This document shows, one piece after another, positions 26,680-39,580 of a DNA stretch of 64,000 nucleotides. A model generated the notes under the pieces. It was not told the origin of the DNA. It made no database searches and saw only the letters and a program-made list of their open reading frames with translations. How positions within the stretch are numbered: the stretch's first letter is position 1; each line of letters starts with the position of its first letter. This stretch comes from Selaginella moellendorffii. Lineage: Eukaryota > Plantae > Lycopodiophyta. The stretch lies in assembly GCF_000143415.4 (NCBI RefSeq), contig NW_003314291.1, positions 108,674 to 172,673 of the forward strand, read 5' to 3'. The translations under genes were made by a program, and so were the position numbers.

Positions 26680-27650
26680 ATTTAGAGCATTTGGAAGAGT
26701 TTGAATTTGTGCAATGAAGGTGATAAGAGTTTGAGTTAGAAAGGTTGGGAAATAGCATTTATCTCCTAATAGTCAAAGTGCTTGAAAAGTGGTAACATAA
26801 CATTTCAAAGTATACATAGATAATATAGGAATGAAATACTTCTTATCACAACCTAACATTCGGGGAAAACAAAGTTGGTGGGTTAATGCTTTAATTAAGT
26901 TTGATTGCATAAGTTAGAGAATATCAATATTGTGGCAAATGTTATAAGTCGGAAAGCAAATCTAGAATTGGTGGTATCTAACACAATAACAACCTTCTAG
27001 AATAATATGTGGATAGTGTATAAGGATAATGAATTAGCATAGAAGGTGTTGCTAAGGAAAAAAGAGACATGAAATGTTCTTTAACAAGACAAGTTGCCCA
27101 ATAAAGAGAAAGTAGGTTATATAAAATGTAATGGACTCATTTATTATAAACAAACAAGGGTATATATTCCAAAAGAGGAACTAAGGAAAATAACTTTAAA
27201 AAAGTGTTATGACAAGCTTTTTAAAAGATATAATAAAGTGCCTAAGATTATGTGTTTGTTCAAGAGAAAGTATCATTGACTGAATATAGGTAAAGATATA
27301 CAAAACTATGTAAATACATACCCAATTATATTAGTAGTGAAAGTTATGACTAAAACTAATGGAGTTTATAACAAAACCTCCCAATCCTTGATCATCCATG
27401 GAAACTTTTTATAATAAACTTTATCACAAGATTGCCCCTAAGCAAGGGTGGTGAATTGGTTTTTACCCACAATAGAAATGAATGCAAAAGGTATGGTGAA
27501 GTTGTTCATTGAACAAATGGTTCAAATATGGGAAATGCTAGAGGAAATTATCTTAGACTAAAATAATACACTCACTAGTAAGTTGTAGAGAACTCTTTTG
27601 AATGCAGTATTGTGCCAAACTAAAATTCAACACCATCTATGACCATGTAT
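26680..27650 (+). mobile_element. Degenerate Ty3/gypsy pol fragment (duplicate of 9080-10030)
   Basis: NGLIYYKQTRVYIPKEELRKITLKKCYD; LPILDHPW...NFITRLP. Confidence 0.75.
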
Positions 27651-29664
27651 AAAAAACATTAATACAACTGTGATGCTACATATTGAAATTCATATTATAG
27701 TTTTGGCAAAGAAACTAACCACCTTTTTACTTGATTCAATGTAAATAACTATGATATTTTCAATTTAGTTTAAAATTAAAGGTTTTTATATTGTGTAAAA
27801 GACAATGAAACCACTATAATACCCTAAATAGAAATTATTTTATAATCAGATAAACTAAAGACTATTGCAATTAATTCCAAGGTAAATTATTGTATGGTTT
27901 TAAACATATTTTACTATATAGTTTCTCTATAAATTCATATGAATAAAGTAGTGATGTTAACACTAAAGCTAGTGTTATGTAGAAACCACAACAATCTACC
28001 TTTGTAATAGAGAATAAGATGAACAGACATTTTCTAACCCATGTGAATACATTCTGAGTTAATTTTTATTGTAGTAGAATGAAAAATAAGATATGGTAAC
28101 TCTAGAAATTCCACCAAATAAATCTAAACACTTTATAAAAGGTGAGGTGAGTATTTTTAATTTCCATTTGAGTTATAGTAATATATATAATTGTTCTAGT
28201 TCTTGTATAGAAGGCCAAAATTAAAAAGTTGAACATAAATATTCTAAAAGATATTATAAAGCTAGTCATTAAAAATAAGATTACCCTTCAAAATATCAAA
28301 GGGTTTTTCAAAATGGATGACAAGTTTTATTAGTTGTTTAATGGAAGAAGAATTAAAACAAAAGAAGCTTTAAAATATATTGTTGGACATGTTTTAAAGG
28401 TTAGGCACTTTGTGATGTCTTTAGAAGTACGAATGTTGAATACCTAGAATGAAAGTACATTGACTATTTTTCTAAACTACATGAAAAATGTATTTTGAAT
28501 TTTATAATTAACTATATAATTAACCATATCTCAAACACACACAGATATATATATATATAAAAACTATATAAAATTCTAAACATTCTACCATCTTTATTAA
28601 AAACTAGAGTAAAAAGTATTTATAACACTAATACTTAAACTATATACATTAACAAACTATTTTGAACAGATATATAGTTTTCTTATATTGGAAATCCTAT
28701 TTGAGTGCTTCATATAGTTAAAATTTGAAAAACTACATCAATGGGTTTGTTGTGCAAAGCTTTGGGTCTGATACACGTCTAGAGCAGCTCAAGCTTTTTA
28801 GCAATCTTAACTGAACCTAGCAATAGTGATTTTCTTCATCAAAGCATTCACTCCTGTGGGTTGCTACTCCATTCTATCATCTCAACACCACTTCTGTCTC
28901 AGAGTTAACTGATTCTGCAGCTGGTGTGTGGGCTTGTGCTGCTTTAGCTGCCGGAGTATGTGTTACTGCTGCCTGAGATTTTGCTTCCACGCAGCAGATC
29001 GTGCTTGAGCGATGCTATGGAAATCATAACCTATTTTGGTTTCTCCCCAAGCTCGTACAATGCATAGTATAAACCAGCAAACCACAAACTTACAAGCGAT
29101 CTGCATTTCCATTGCACAGAAGACTGCCTCGCCTGTCTAATGATGCTTTATTTAAATGCAGTCTTTTGAAGATAGCTGGCTGAATATTGTGCCATGTTTA
29201 TAAGATTCTCGACTACATTAAGGAAGGAACCCACCGGTCTTCGTCACTGAAAGCAGTTGGTTTCTGAAACATCCTACCTTCACAGAATTCAACCGCATGC
29301 TTCTTACGAAACTTCGCTCAATGGTCAAGCGATAAGGTCTTGTGTCACACGTCAAATGCAAATGTGTCATGGTCGGGTTTGGAGACCTGTGTACACTGTG
29401 GCACCTTCCTCCAAAATTCAATCTATGGGCGAAATCGAGAGACTGGTAGATCATGGAGCCAAAGTCTTTCCAGAAACTGGTAGATCATGGAGCTAAAGTC
29501 TTTTAGCAAATATGTAATTGCGATGCGAACAAAACTGCGCTCTAGGTTTTCAAAAGTTGTGATGGACTTTGCTTGCAACCCCCCCGCTATATAAATGCGC
29601 CCCGCCTCTCCATTCAATCAAACACTGCTCAGCTCTATCCATAGTTAAAGTGCTACTGTTTGCA

Positions 29665-29898
29665 ATGGCGTCCCTTCGTGCTTTCGCTGCTTTCTTCTTG
29701 TGCATGCTCGTTGTTGCAATGGTGGAGCACGCCAATGTGGTGGAAGCTCAATGTGGTACAAGCGGTCCCTGTTGCGGTCGTCAGGGTAGAGGACGCCGCT
29801 GCAACTCGGGCCTGTGCTGCAGCCAGTTTGGCTACTGCGGATCGACATCTGAGTACTGTGGCGCGGGCTGCCAGCGCGGCTATGGGAGATGCAACTAA
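29665..29898 (+). CDS. Hevein-like peptide precursor, copy 6 (77 aa, [18 protein letters not shown]...SEYC)
   Basis: Signal peptide, hevein signature, 10 Cys. Confidence 0.93.
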   Translation: MASLRAFAAFFLCMLVVAMVEHANVVEAQCGTSGPCCGRQGRGRRCNSGLCCSQFGYCGSTSEYCGAGCQRGYGRCN

Positions 29899-31259
29899 AT
29901 ATTCCATCTAATGTGCTAGACACCTCCAGATGAAAGTTGTGAGTAATATCTAAATAAGCACTGGTGTCCTCTATTCTCTTTTTATATATATGGTGTGATG
30001 TTTGCTATGTTACCAAGCTGAACGCATTAAAAATCTCATCCAATGCAGTCTCCTTCATCAATGACGCCCAATGCACTGCAGGTTAGTATGATGGATTCCT
30101 TCTACTGCATGGAATAGCTTTTTTAGATGCCACACTTGATCTTTCTTTTACACCAAGGATTGGACGCATGTTGGATTGGATCAGCCCGTTGTAAGTCTGC
30201 TCTGGAATGGGTAGTAAAACTCAACATCGTATCGCATGTCATGAGCAGGATCAGTCCAGGCATTCCCAAGCTGCGGTATACAAGGTTACTTTCTTGCTCT
30301 TTTGTGTCGTCCATTTCATACCTGTTCAGGTTGATGATGTTCTGCCATGGGCAATGTGGTCCAACATTTACATAGCCAGAGATAGTGACCTGCTTACTGC
30401 TTGAAAGCCAAAGATCACAGTTTGCTAAATTGTGCCAATTCCACAGCCCATGTTTGTAAAATCCTGAAACACCAGAAATGTAAACATATTTTTTATTAGG
30501 TATATATTAAGAAGATCCACGGTTGTGTATAAATATATAGAAGTGGATTAGAGAAAAGTTTAGTATCACAACCATTAAATTAAAGAATATTCTAGAATAT
30601 ACTTTAACATTCTAAATAGATTCTTTACAAGTTTTCAAAACTACATTGGAAGTCATGCACCCAATGAGTGTTACCAAGTTGGACTGTGCAACTTGAGGGC
30701 TGGAACTTCTCAATGGAATACACACAGCACAATTTTACTAGCTAGCATAGGATAATGGGAGGGGGATTTGTCAAGACTGTTGCAAACCCAGCAACTTAGA
30801 GGCATTGGCCAAGCCTCAATTAGAGTGTCCCTCATTTGGAAATTTCTCCCCTTGAAAACCCCAATTCCAATAGAATAACTTAACCCATATAAAATTTTAA
30901 AGTCTTGCATATATACTCAATTAATTCTTTTTATTTTATAAGTAATAGAAAATCTTCCCCCTAAGGGGACACATGGAACCCTGCCCTTAGAGGCAGCACA
31001 AATTAGTCTTGCTGCCCACAAAGGCAATGCCACACTTGTATAACAAGGGAATTTCCCTCCCATCAACAAGACTTTCCATCGCTTAAAGTTCAATTTGCAC
31101 AGGATATTACAAACCTACAACATTGTTGAAACACTTAGGTGAGGCTCAGCCTAACCTCAAAAATTCAAATTACAAAGCTTAAATACAATAAAACTTTTAG
31201 TTGAATTAGGCTCAACTAATTAGGCTTTTAGATGAATTCTGGACCATTCTCCTAAACTA

Positions 31260-32050
31260 TGCCTGAATCCACATCCATCATAACATAGGCACCACTTGTT
31301 GTCTCCAGAAATCCCCCGCTACCTCTTTCCGCCCTTAACCTTGGCCGCAGAGCAGCTCCTGGGTGTTGCTTCACCGTGCCAGGATGTTGATCATGCAGCT
31401 GGGGAGTTGATTGCCCCGGCAAAATAGCCGCCCGCAATCGACGTCAAGCTGCAGCATACAGCACGCGAATCACCGCCATGGCTCAGTGCCGCAAGCATGC
31501 GTTGGCGGCCACGTCCTTGAGTAGCATCTCGTAGAAGAGCGCATCAAAGAACACCCTGGCGTGATCAATGTGGCCGGCTTGAGATCGTGACGGCGGCAGT
31601 GAGGGTGATCCCAGGAGGAGATCCAAGCTCTCGAAGCTCTAGCATTGTGTTCCACTTCCCGGGACACTTCCCGGGCATTGTTGAGGAAGATCTCGCAGGC
31701 AGCGGCGGTGTCTCTCACGTTTGCTCGCAGCAGCGATGTCCACAACAGGATGCTCCACTGCGGTATCTTGCGGAAGATAGTCACTAGTGTCGCCGGAGTT
31801 GCCATAGCTGCTCGCCATCGTGTTCACGCCGCCATGCTCCATATCTCCGGGAGAGCAAACCTGTTCATAAAGTTTGAAGCGTTGCAAGGTTTGAGACACT
31901 GTTCCAGGTGGGCATTTTCTCACGGAAAATCGTGGTATCTTCTCCGGAGGTATTTGCTTGACGTCCAGCTTACAATGGGTGGACAGATCTTCAAAAAGAG
32001 ACTCTAGAGCGGCTAGGACTGTGTTGCAGGGCACGAAGTCGCTAACTTAG
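31260..32050 (-). pseudogene. Degraded PLS-type PPR pseudogene
   Basis: Frameshifted PPR-like segments: NTMASSYGNSGD, IFRKIPQWSILLWTSLLRA, AREVSRE, AALSHGG..FTSI. Confidence 0.55.
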
Positions 32051-34259
32051 AGAACAAATCCTCCAACGCCTCTATGCGACATATGTTTGCGAGCAGGCAT
32101 TCCATACATAACTTGTAAAAACCAGTCTTCTCTTATCATGGTGTTTCCAAGAAACGAGGCTTTTGTAGGGCATCATATAGAAAAGCTATTGAGCTGAGAG
32201 TATTTGCCTGCACCTGGCATATGCTAAGAGAAGAATGTTAACACAAGATTACACTGTAGAGACGCGTTAAACATTTCTTGAAGCAGGTTTAGGGTTGTTA
32301 AAAAGAAAACTAAAATTCCAGTTAGGGTTTAGGGTTTAGGTCCAGCCGCGATGGAGGGCATGGAGACCCTCCAGCGGGATCTCAATGACGCGCTCACGGA
32401 GGCGATGGGCGAGGTGAATGAGTACGTCTTCTTCACGCTCCAGGTGCGGCTTGCCGGATTTCTACGATTTGATCCTCGTTTTCTTCTATTCGCAGAGAAA
32501 TTTCTACAAATGTGCCTACCGCTGCTTCGACGAGCACACGACGGTGTCCCGGATTGAGCCGTGCGTGCAGCAATGCGGCGCTCCCCCGCAGAGAGCGCAG
32601 AACATAATCTCCAACGAGCTCTCGAGCTTCCAGGTATGGGTTTTCTTTGTCTTTTTTCTTTTGTTCTCTTTGGTTTTTCTTTGGGTGTTTGTGTGATTCC
32701 TTTTTCTTTTGCCTGTTATTGGCGTTCGCAAGAGTTCTCCTTGTGCTTGCGTCTCATTCCAGGCATACAACGATTGCAAAAGCCATTCGATTTTTTTTTT
32801 GTGAGGCTAGATGTGCCTCACTTACGTCGTTGGTTCTTTCACACTTTTGGATTTGTTCGCGTTCTCGAAAGTTTTCTTGTCCTCATAGGCTCTCACACTT
32901 TTGTTTGCTACTCCTGTGCAGGAACGGATCCAGCGAAGTGTACTGGTTTGCAGGGACAAATTTGACGAGCAGCGAGACATTGCGGCTCTCACGGAAGATG
33001 AACTCGCCAGGAATGCAAAAGACTGCGTCGAGAGAGCTGTCAAAGGACACATCACCGGGATCCCAAAATTGATGGCCAGAATAAAGTCCCAGATCACCGT
33101 CAAGGAGGACTGAAATCTCTGGAGCATTTTTGTAGTAAGATCTTTTTTTCTTCTTCCATCTTTTCCTTTTGTTGTTTCATTCTTTTGCTCTCGCCGTTCT
33201 TGTGTCTTTGTTCCCTTGGCACATATCGAAGGTTGGCCTGGTAACTTACTGCCATTTCAGCTCAAAAGTTGTGCTAGATCGACCGCTGCCTGGGAGAGAA
33301 CTGTGCAGCGGCCTAGAGAAACAGTGGCTGCTCCACTCTCGATCCAAGCAACACACTGTTTCGAGTGTGAGTGGGTTTGCTCTCGATTCAAACTCTCTTG
33401 TCTCTCTTGTTTCGACTGTATTGTGTAAGCTTTTTCCAGGTGTGTTCCATAGCGTTCATCGTCCCTTCCGAATGAGACCACCAAACAGGTACGCGGAGTT
33501 TTCTAGCATCTGGTACAGTGCTGCCGCTCCTCCGTTGGTGCCTTACGATGACTCATTGTGCGTCCTTGCAGGCTAGACAGTTCTTCTCGTCGCATAGCTA
33601 TCGATTCCTCTCCACGAGAAAAGTTTCTTACTTGTGGAGTGGAGTGAAGATAAAAAGCCGCAGCCAGCGAGCCATCCAGCGCGAGTTTTAATGCCTGGTG
33701 ACGAAGGAAGAGTTTTCACGGCATTGGGGGTATGGAAAAAGTATGGAAGAAGCAAGCAAAAGAGAAAATCTTACTAGTGGTTCTCTGCGCAGGAAAGAAA
33801 TGGATCTTAAACATGGAAGATAGTCTCGCAGCTTTTGCTTGAAGAAACAGTTTTTGGCTGGCCACGAATCTCTGGGTTGGGCGATCCATGATTTCAAACC
33901 AAAGTGGTAGAGGTAGGCTATTGCAGTTCTTCCTTTTTGTCTACCTCTTTGTGTCAAGTCTAGCAACAGTGATTCGAGTGATTTCTTTTGTTTCTCAAAT
34001 CCAGGGACGCTTAAAGTTAAAAGCCAAGGATTGATCAAATCAGAGTGACAAAGTCTCGCCAAGTTTGTTTCGTCGTTAAGTTCGTTGGACAACAAAAATG
34101 AATGATGCCATTTTATTCGCAAGAGGGACGATCATTATCGAGTAAAACCATATCAACGTTTTAATCGACCAAAGGTTACAAGGCGTGTTCCAGGCCTGGG
34201 CGACGTGGCGGCACGTCCCAGGCTCGGCAAGTCGCCGAAGCTGATGACGGAATCTTCTT
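31767..34259. repeat. Segmental duplication copy (paralogue of 1-2489)
   Basis: Near-identical collinear sequence. Confidence 0.95.
32351..33113 (+). CDS. FAM136A: FAM136A / DUF842 family protein, second copy (exons 32351-32443, 32496-32633, 32922-33113)
   Basis: Same exon structure as 596-1348; differs by A3G and one V>I change. Confidence 0.88.
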
Positions 34260-34551
34260 TTATGCTCTGTTTGCTCAAACCGAGCCAAACAGAGGGTTCC
34301 AGGCGAAAGAAATTTGTCCTGGGACAGGCCATTCTTTTTGGGAGGAAGAAAAATTGGAAGGGAAGCTAGGGCATGAGAATCCGGAGCTGCGATCCACGGG
34401 AGATGCGCGGCGCCAGGGCTCGGGTGTGGCGCTGCCGGGGCACCAAGATCTGTGCGCGCGGCTCGTCCAGGTTCTGCTCGATTCTTGGATGAGGGGCAAG
34501 AATGCGGGCTCCTCGTCTTGCGGATCGCCGGCGCTGGGAATTCTCACAGCC

Positions 34552-37466
34552 ATGAGCATCGGGATCGGCCGATGGATCGTTCTTGGCGTCGTGGTCATCG
34601 CCGGTGCCGCCGCGGCTGTCGATCCGACCGAGAGGGCGGTTCTTGATGCGATGATCCAGGGATTGACCAACGGGGCATTGCTCGGCTGGGGGAGCGGCGA
34701 TCCGTGCTCGTGGAAGCACATCCAATGCCGGGGCCAGTCTATCATCGGAATTGCGGTGGAATCCCTGGGGCTGGTCGGGACTCTCCCCGGAAATCTCAAC
34801 AAGCTCGCCAATCTCGAGTACCTCGGCCTCCAGTTCAATGGATTCCACGGCGCGCTGCCCAGCCTCAGCGGCCTCAAGAATCTCCGCACGGTCTACCTCA
34901 ACAGCAACAACTTCGCGACCATCCCAGGAGATTTCTTCCGTGGCCTCGACAGCCTCATGGTCATCTACCTCGATCACAACAATCTCAATGGCACCGCGGG
35001 ATGGCAGCTCCCCGACGACGTCCAATTCTCCACCAAGCTCGTCAATCTGTCGCTGACGAACACCAGCCTGGGCGGGCCGATCCCGGAGTTCCTGGGCACC
35101 ATGGCCAGCCTCAAGGTCCTCAATCTCGCGTATAACTCCCTCACCGGTGGGCTTCCCGCGAGCTTCAAGGACTCGGCGATGACGCAGCTGGAAGTGAACA
35201 ACATGGCGCTGGGCGGATCGATCGACGTGGTTGGAGGGATGACGAGCCTCGCGCAGCTGTGGCTACAAGGGAACCAATTCACTGGGACGATCCCGGTGGG
35301 TCTGAGCAACGCGGTGGCTATGGCGGATCTCCGGCTCAACGACAACAAGCTCAAGGGGGTGGTGCCGAATTTCACAGCGCTGCCACTCTCGCATTTCAGC
35401 GTGACCAACAACAATCTCATGGGGCCGATCCCACTGCTCAGGGCCACCAACACGGATGGTTTCGGTGGCAACAAGTTCTGCCAGAGCGAGGCTGGGAAGG
35501 CGTGTAGCGCCGAGGTGACCGCGCTGCTGGGATTTCTAGGTGGCATTGGTTTTCCAGACTCGATCATCGCGGACTGGTCGGGGACGGATCCCTGCGCCGT
35601 GACCTGGGTGGTGTGCGATAGGACTGCGGTGATCGGGTTGAAGCTCGAGAGGAACCAGCTCGCTGGGACGCTGTCTCCCGCGGTGGCGGGGCTGGCGGAT
35701 CTCAGGTTTGTGATGCTCAGCAACAACAACCTCTCGGGTTCCATCCCTCCGGAGTTTGCAACGATGAAGTCTTTGAAGACGCTGGATTTGAGGAACAACA
35801 GCTTGTCCGGCCCGATGGTGAAGTTCTCCGGGGTGACAGTGCTCGTGGATGGGAATCCTCTGCTCAACAGTCCTCCTGGATCGGCTCCAGTTCCTCCATC
35901 CTCGTCTCCAGCTGCTCCAGCTGCTCCGGCTGGATCGGCACCGGCCACAACACCATCGCCACCATCACCGCCTGGAACGCCTCCACCTCCGGGTACGCAA
36001 GATGACAGTGGGAATCGCACTAGGCCTAACAGCCCTCAAGCATCTTCCAAGTTCCCCATAGTGGGGGTGGCTGTTCCTATTGCTGGGGTCGTGTCGCTGG
36101 CGCTGGTGGCGGGAGTTTTTATATTCTTCCTCTGCTGTAGACACAAGGGGAAGCATCAGGCCTCGAGGAGCTCCAGTAGTGGGATGCTGGTTCATCCCCG
36201 GAACTCCAATTCTGATCCAGATATGGTGAAGGTCAGTGTCACAAGGACAGCGGAGCCGAATGGTGGAGGAAACCACAGCGGGCCCAGTGGTGACGTTCAT
36301 GTGGTGGAGGCAGGAAATCTAGTGATCTCCATCCAAGTCCTACGTGACGCCACGAAGAACTTCAGCCGGGACACGATCCTCGGCCGTGGGGGGTTCGGTG
36401 TTGTTTACAAGGGGGTGCTGGACGATGGCACCAGCATCGCGGTGAAGAGGATGGAGGCCTCCACGGTGGTGAGCAGCAAGGGGCTGAGCGAGTTCCACGC
36501 GGAGATCGCGGTGCTGACCAAAGTGAGGCACCGGCATTTGGTGGCGCTGCTCGGCTACTGCATCGAGGGGAATGAGAAGCTGCTGGTGTACGAGTACTTG
36601 CCGAACGGGACGCTCGCGCAGCACCTGTTTGAGCGGGGAGCTAAACCGCTGGACTGGAAGAGGAGGCTGGTGATAGCGCTGGACGTGGCGAGGGGGATGG
36701 AGTATTTGCACGAGCTGGCACACAGGAGCTTCATCCACAGGGACCTGAAGCCGTCCAATATCTTACTCGACGATGATTATCGTGCCAAGGTGTCAGACTT
36801 TGGACTGGTGAAGCTTGCTCCCGAAGGCAAATACTCGATCGAGACAAGGCTGGCGGGCACGTTTGGGTACTTGGCTCCAGAGTACGCAGGTAAATGAGTT
36901 TTTTTTTTCCTCCTTTTCTCTGGTTCGCATGTTTCCTCAAAGACTTATGGTGGTGTGTGTGTTTGACAGTGACGGGGAGAGTTACAACCAAGGCGGACGT
37001 GTTCAGCTTTGGAGTTGTCCTCATGGAGCTGATCACGGGGCGGCGAGCGCTGGACGAGAGCCAATCCGAGGAGAACATGCACCTTGTGACGTGGTTCCGG
37101 CGTACGCACCAGGGCAGAGAATCCTTCGCGAGGATGATAGATCCAGCGCTGCTAGAAGGCACCGAGGACAAAGTGGAGGGCATTTACACGGTGGCCGAGC
37201 TCGCCAAGCACTGCACGGCGAGGGAGCCGTACAACCGGCCGGACATGGGGCATGCGGTGAGCGTGCTGGCGCCGCTGGTGGAGCAGTGGAAGCCGACGGC
37301 GTCGGACGGGGAGGAGACCAAAGGGATCGATCTCAACGTGTCGCTCCCGCAAGCGCTCAAGCAGTGGCAGGCCTCGGACGACTCCAACTTGGACGATAGC
37401 CAGGCCAGCATCCCGACCAGGCCCGTCGGCTTCGCGGACTCGTTCACGTCCTCGGACGCCAGGTGA
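34552..37466 (+). CDS. TMK1: TMK-family LRR receptor-like kinase (exons 34552-36889, 36970-37466; alternative upstream ATG at 34489)
   Basis: Signal peptide, two LRR blocks split by a non-LRR island (DPCSW, DPCAVTW), Pro-rich linker, TM helix, [11 protein letters not shown] juxtamembrane, kinase ([20 protein letters not shown]) and TMK-type C-terminus [19 protein letters not shown]. Confidence 0.92.
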
Positions 37467-37530
37467 TCGTGTTCCTCCGGCCACTGACGATGGTGGTGGT
37501 GTCTCTTTTACGTCCAGGAGTAGCAGAAGG

Positions 37531-37578
37531 TCGATCTTACAGTAATGTGATCGATCGATCTTACAGTAATGTGATTGA
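37531..37578. repeat. 24-bp tandem repeat (TCGATCTTACAGTAATGTGAT(C/T)GA) x2 downstream of the TMK stop
   Basis: Seen directly. Confidence 0.8.
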
Positions 37579-38208
37579 TCATACGGGGATGGATGGGTGG
37601 AAAAAACTCTTCTTCTACACGCAGCTGCGAGCGTCGCCTCGGTCGGGTTCATGCTGGAGGCATGTAAATAAATGGGAGGAGAAAGGCTAGGATACAGGTG
37701 GTGGGAAAGATTATATAGGAGACGCGTCAAACATGGGTGGCGACTTGTGATTTGGACGGTCGACAAGCAGGAGGAGCAGCAGCAGCAGACAGGGTGGTGG
37801 GAGGTTGGATTATCTTCCGGAAAGTGGGCAGGGAAAGCGAGAAAGCCAGGCACTAAATAAACTGGAAGATCTCTGGGCTTGGACAGGAGAAGGAAGGATT
37901 AAGAAGCTTTTCTTCTCCTCCTCTTCTCGTGAAAAGGAACAGGGACGATCAAGCGGTACTTATCGACGAGGCAGTGAGGCAGTGAAGCAGTGGCGATGGA
38001 GCAGCGATCTCTTGGCTGGCTTGGCAGCGAGTCGAGTTTAGGAAGAACACAGCTTGGAACTTTCAAGGCAGCCATGCAGGGCATGTGAGAAGCTTGGCGG
38101 CTTTCACGAATGGACTGGGAAGAGACTGGGGTGTGGAGGCGTAGCAGTCGGGATTCACGGAGACCGCCATGGATTTTCTCGTCCAAGCTCGTGTACGTCT
38201 TCTTCTTT

Positions 38209-38305
38209 CTCTCTCTCTCTCTCTCTCTCTGTGGTTTTCTTTTTTTTTTTTTTCACTTTCTAGTAGGCGTGCCTGTCTTGTACTGCTGCTGCTGCTGCTG
38301 CTGCT
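38209..38305. repeat. Microsatellites: (CT)n, poly-T and (CTG)n
   Basis: Seen directly. Confidence 0.85.
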
Positions 38306-39314
38306 ACTGCCACTCTGGAGTGCTCCGCTTTTGTTGGAGCGCCCAAGTGATTGGAATGATCACGGCAGTGCGTTCTATCATCCTCTCTCGTGTTTAATCT
38401 CTCTCCCAAACGATGGAAAAGAAACGATTTTTTAGCCTTCTTCATCCTTGTTCTTCGTTCGGCGCTTAGTTTTTGTCCCTGGCATTCGTTCTAAGTGTGT
38501 ACTTTACAGGCAAAGCGCGAGAGAGAAATAAAAGAGAAAGCTTACTTCCATCCAAGCGTCTCTTGCTTGCTTTGTTGGTACAGCTATCTGGGACCCTTTT
38601 GTTTGTGAGATTCTTTCGTCCTGGAAGGAAAACAAAAAAGCTGGTCAATACCATAGGCAAGGAATTTAAAGCTTTCATGGCTGGATGCCTGTCTGCTTCA
38701 CATTTGGAGGGTGCTCGCTCCCTCTCGCTGCCTCGCTCCCTCGCTCCCTCGCTCGCTGTTAAAACTGGATTCTCTCTTCCACTTTACCATTGAAAGCTCG
38801 TGGCTTGAAAGCTTGTGGCTTGTCTTGATTCATCTGGCGTTTTCTTCGCTTAGTTTTTTGATCGATCGCTATTCTGGAACGAGCACCGTCGCAACAGCAC
38901 CGCCACCGTCGCTGTTCTGCAAGGAGCAAAGTTTTTAAATGATAGAATGGACGACAAAGAACACTTACACAAGAGAAAAAGAAGATTTTGGGGTCCTGTG
39001 GGAAGAAAGCGAGGCCTGGTTGGTGGTATGTGCTTTGTTGATTTCGGTGGTCCTGCCCCTGCTGCTGATTGAGCGATCCATCCATCCCACGAAAGAAAAA
39101 TGGAAAAGAAGCGCAGCGTCGGTGCTTGTCATTCTTTTCTTCGTCTGGTTTCTGTGCAGTGTGTGTGTCGAGTGTCCATCGGAATCGCGTCAACTTCGAG
39201 CGAGATCCCAGCGTGCGCTGATTCTTTATCTTATCTGCGTCATCCTGCTTTCGGCCAATGCGATGGCTGTGCCGAGTTGAAACAAGATCCTCTAGCCGGC
39301 TTTTCTTCGTTTCT

Positions 39315-39486
39315 ATAGTTTCGAGCTCGAATATATACCAGGGTTTCCTGAAAGAAACAATGAAACTTCATGAGAACTATAGAACTTCGAAAGGAATAGT
39401 CTAAACTGGCTTTTCTTTGTATAGTTTGGAGCTCGAACATGGAAACAATGAAACTTCTATAGAACTTCGAAAGGAATAGTTTAAAC
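39315..39486. repeat. Local ~105-bp-period direct duplication downstream of the F-box gene
   Basis: atagttt(c/g)gagctcgaa...gaaacaatgaaacttc...tagaacttcgaaaggaatagt occurs twice. Confidence 0.65.
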
Positions 39487-39580
39487 ATACTAGTCGATGT
39501 GGAACACTTTCCCTGACGAAACCACACGTTAAACATCATAAAGCCATGAGAGCCATGGAAGACTTACAAGTCGAGAAGGG

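Larger units (their letters stand above)
22441..31489. repeat. ~9 kb duplicated block (hevein copies 5 and 6), paralogous to 5141-14030
   Basis: Collinear sequence throughout. Confidence 0.85.

Noticed and set aside
34974-36020. Long antisense ORFs over TMK and the PPR genes (348, 377, 266 aa)
   Set aside because: Typical antisense shadows of GC-rich coding sequence.
37500-39500. Possible miRNA precursor or small membrane-protein ORF (38939-39280) between TMK and the F-box gene
   Set aside because: Only short partial similarities to conserved miRNAs and no hairpin I could verify by eye; the ORF has no recognisable motif.
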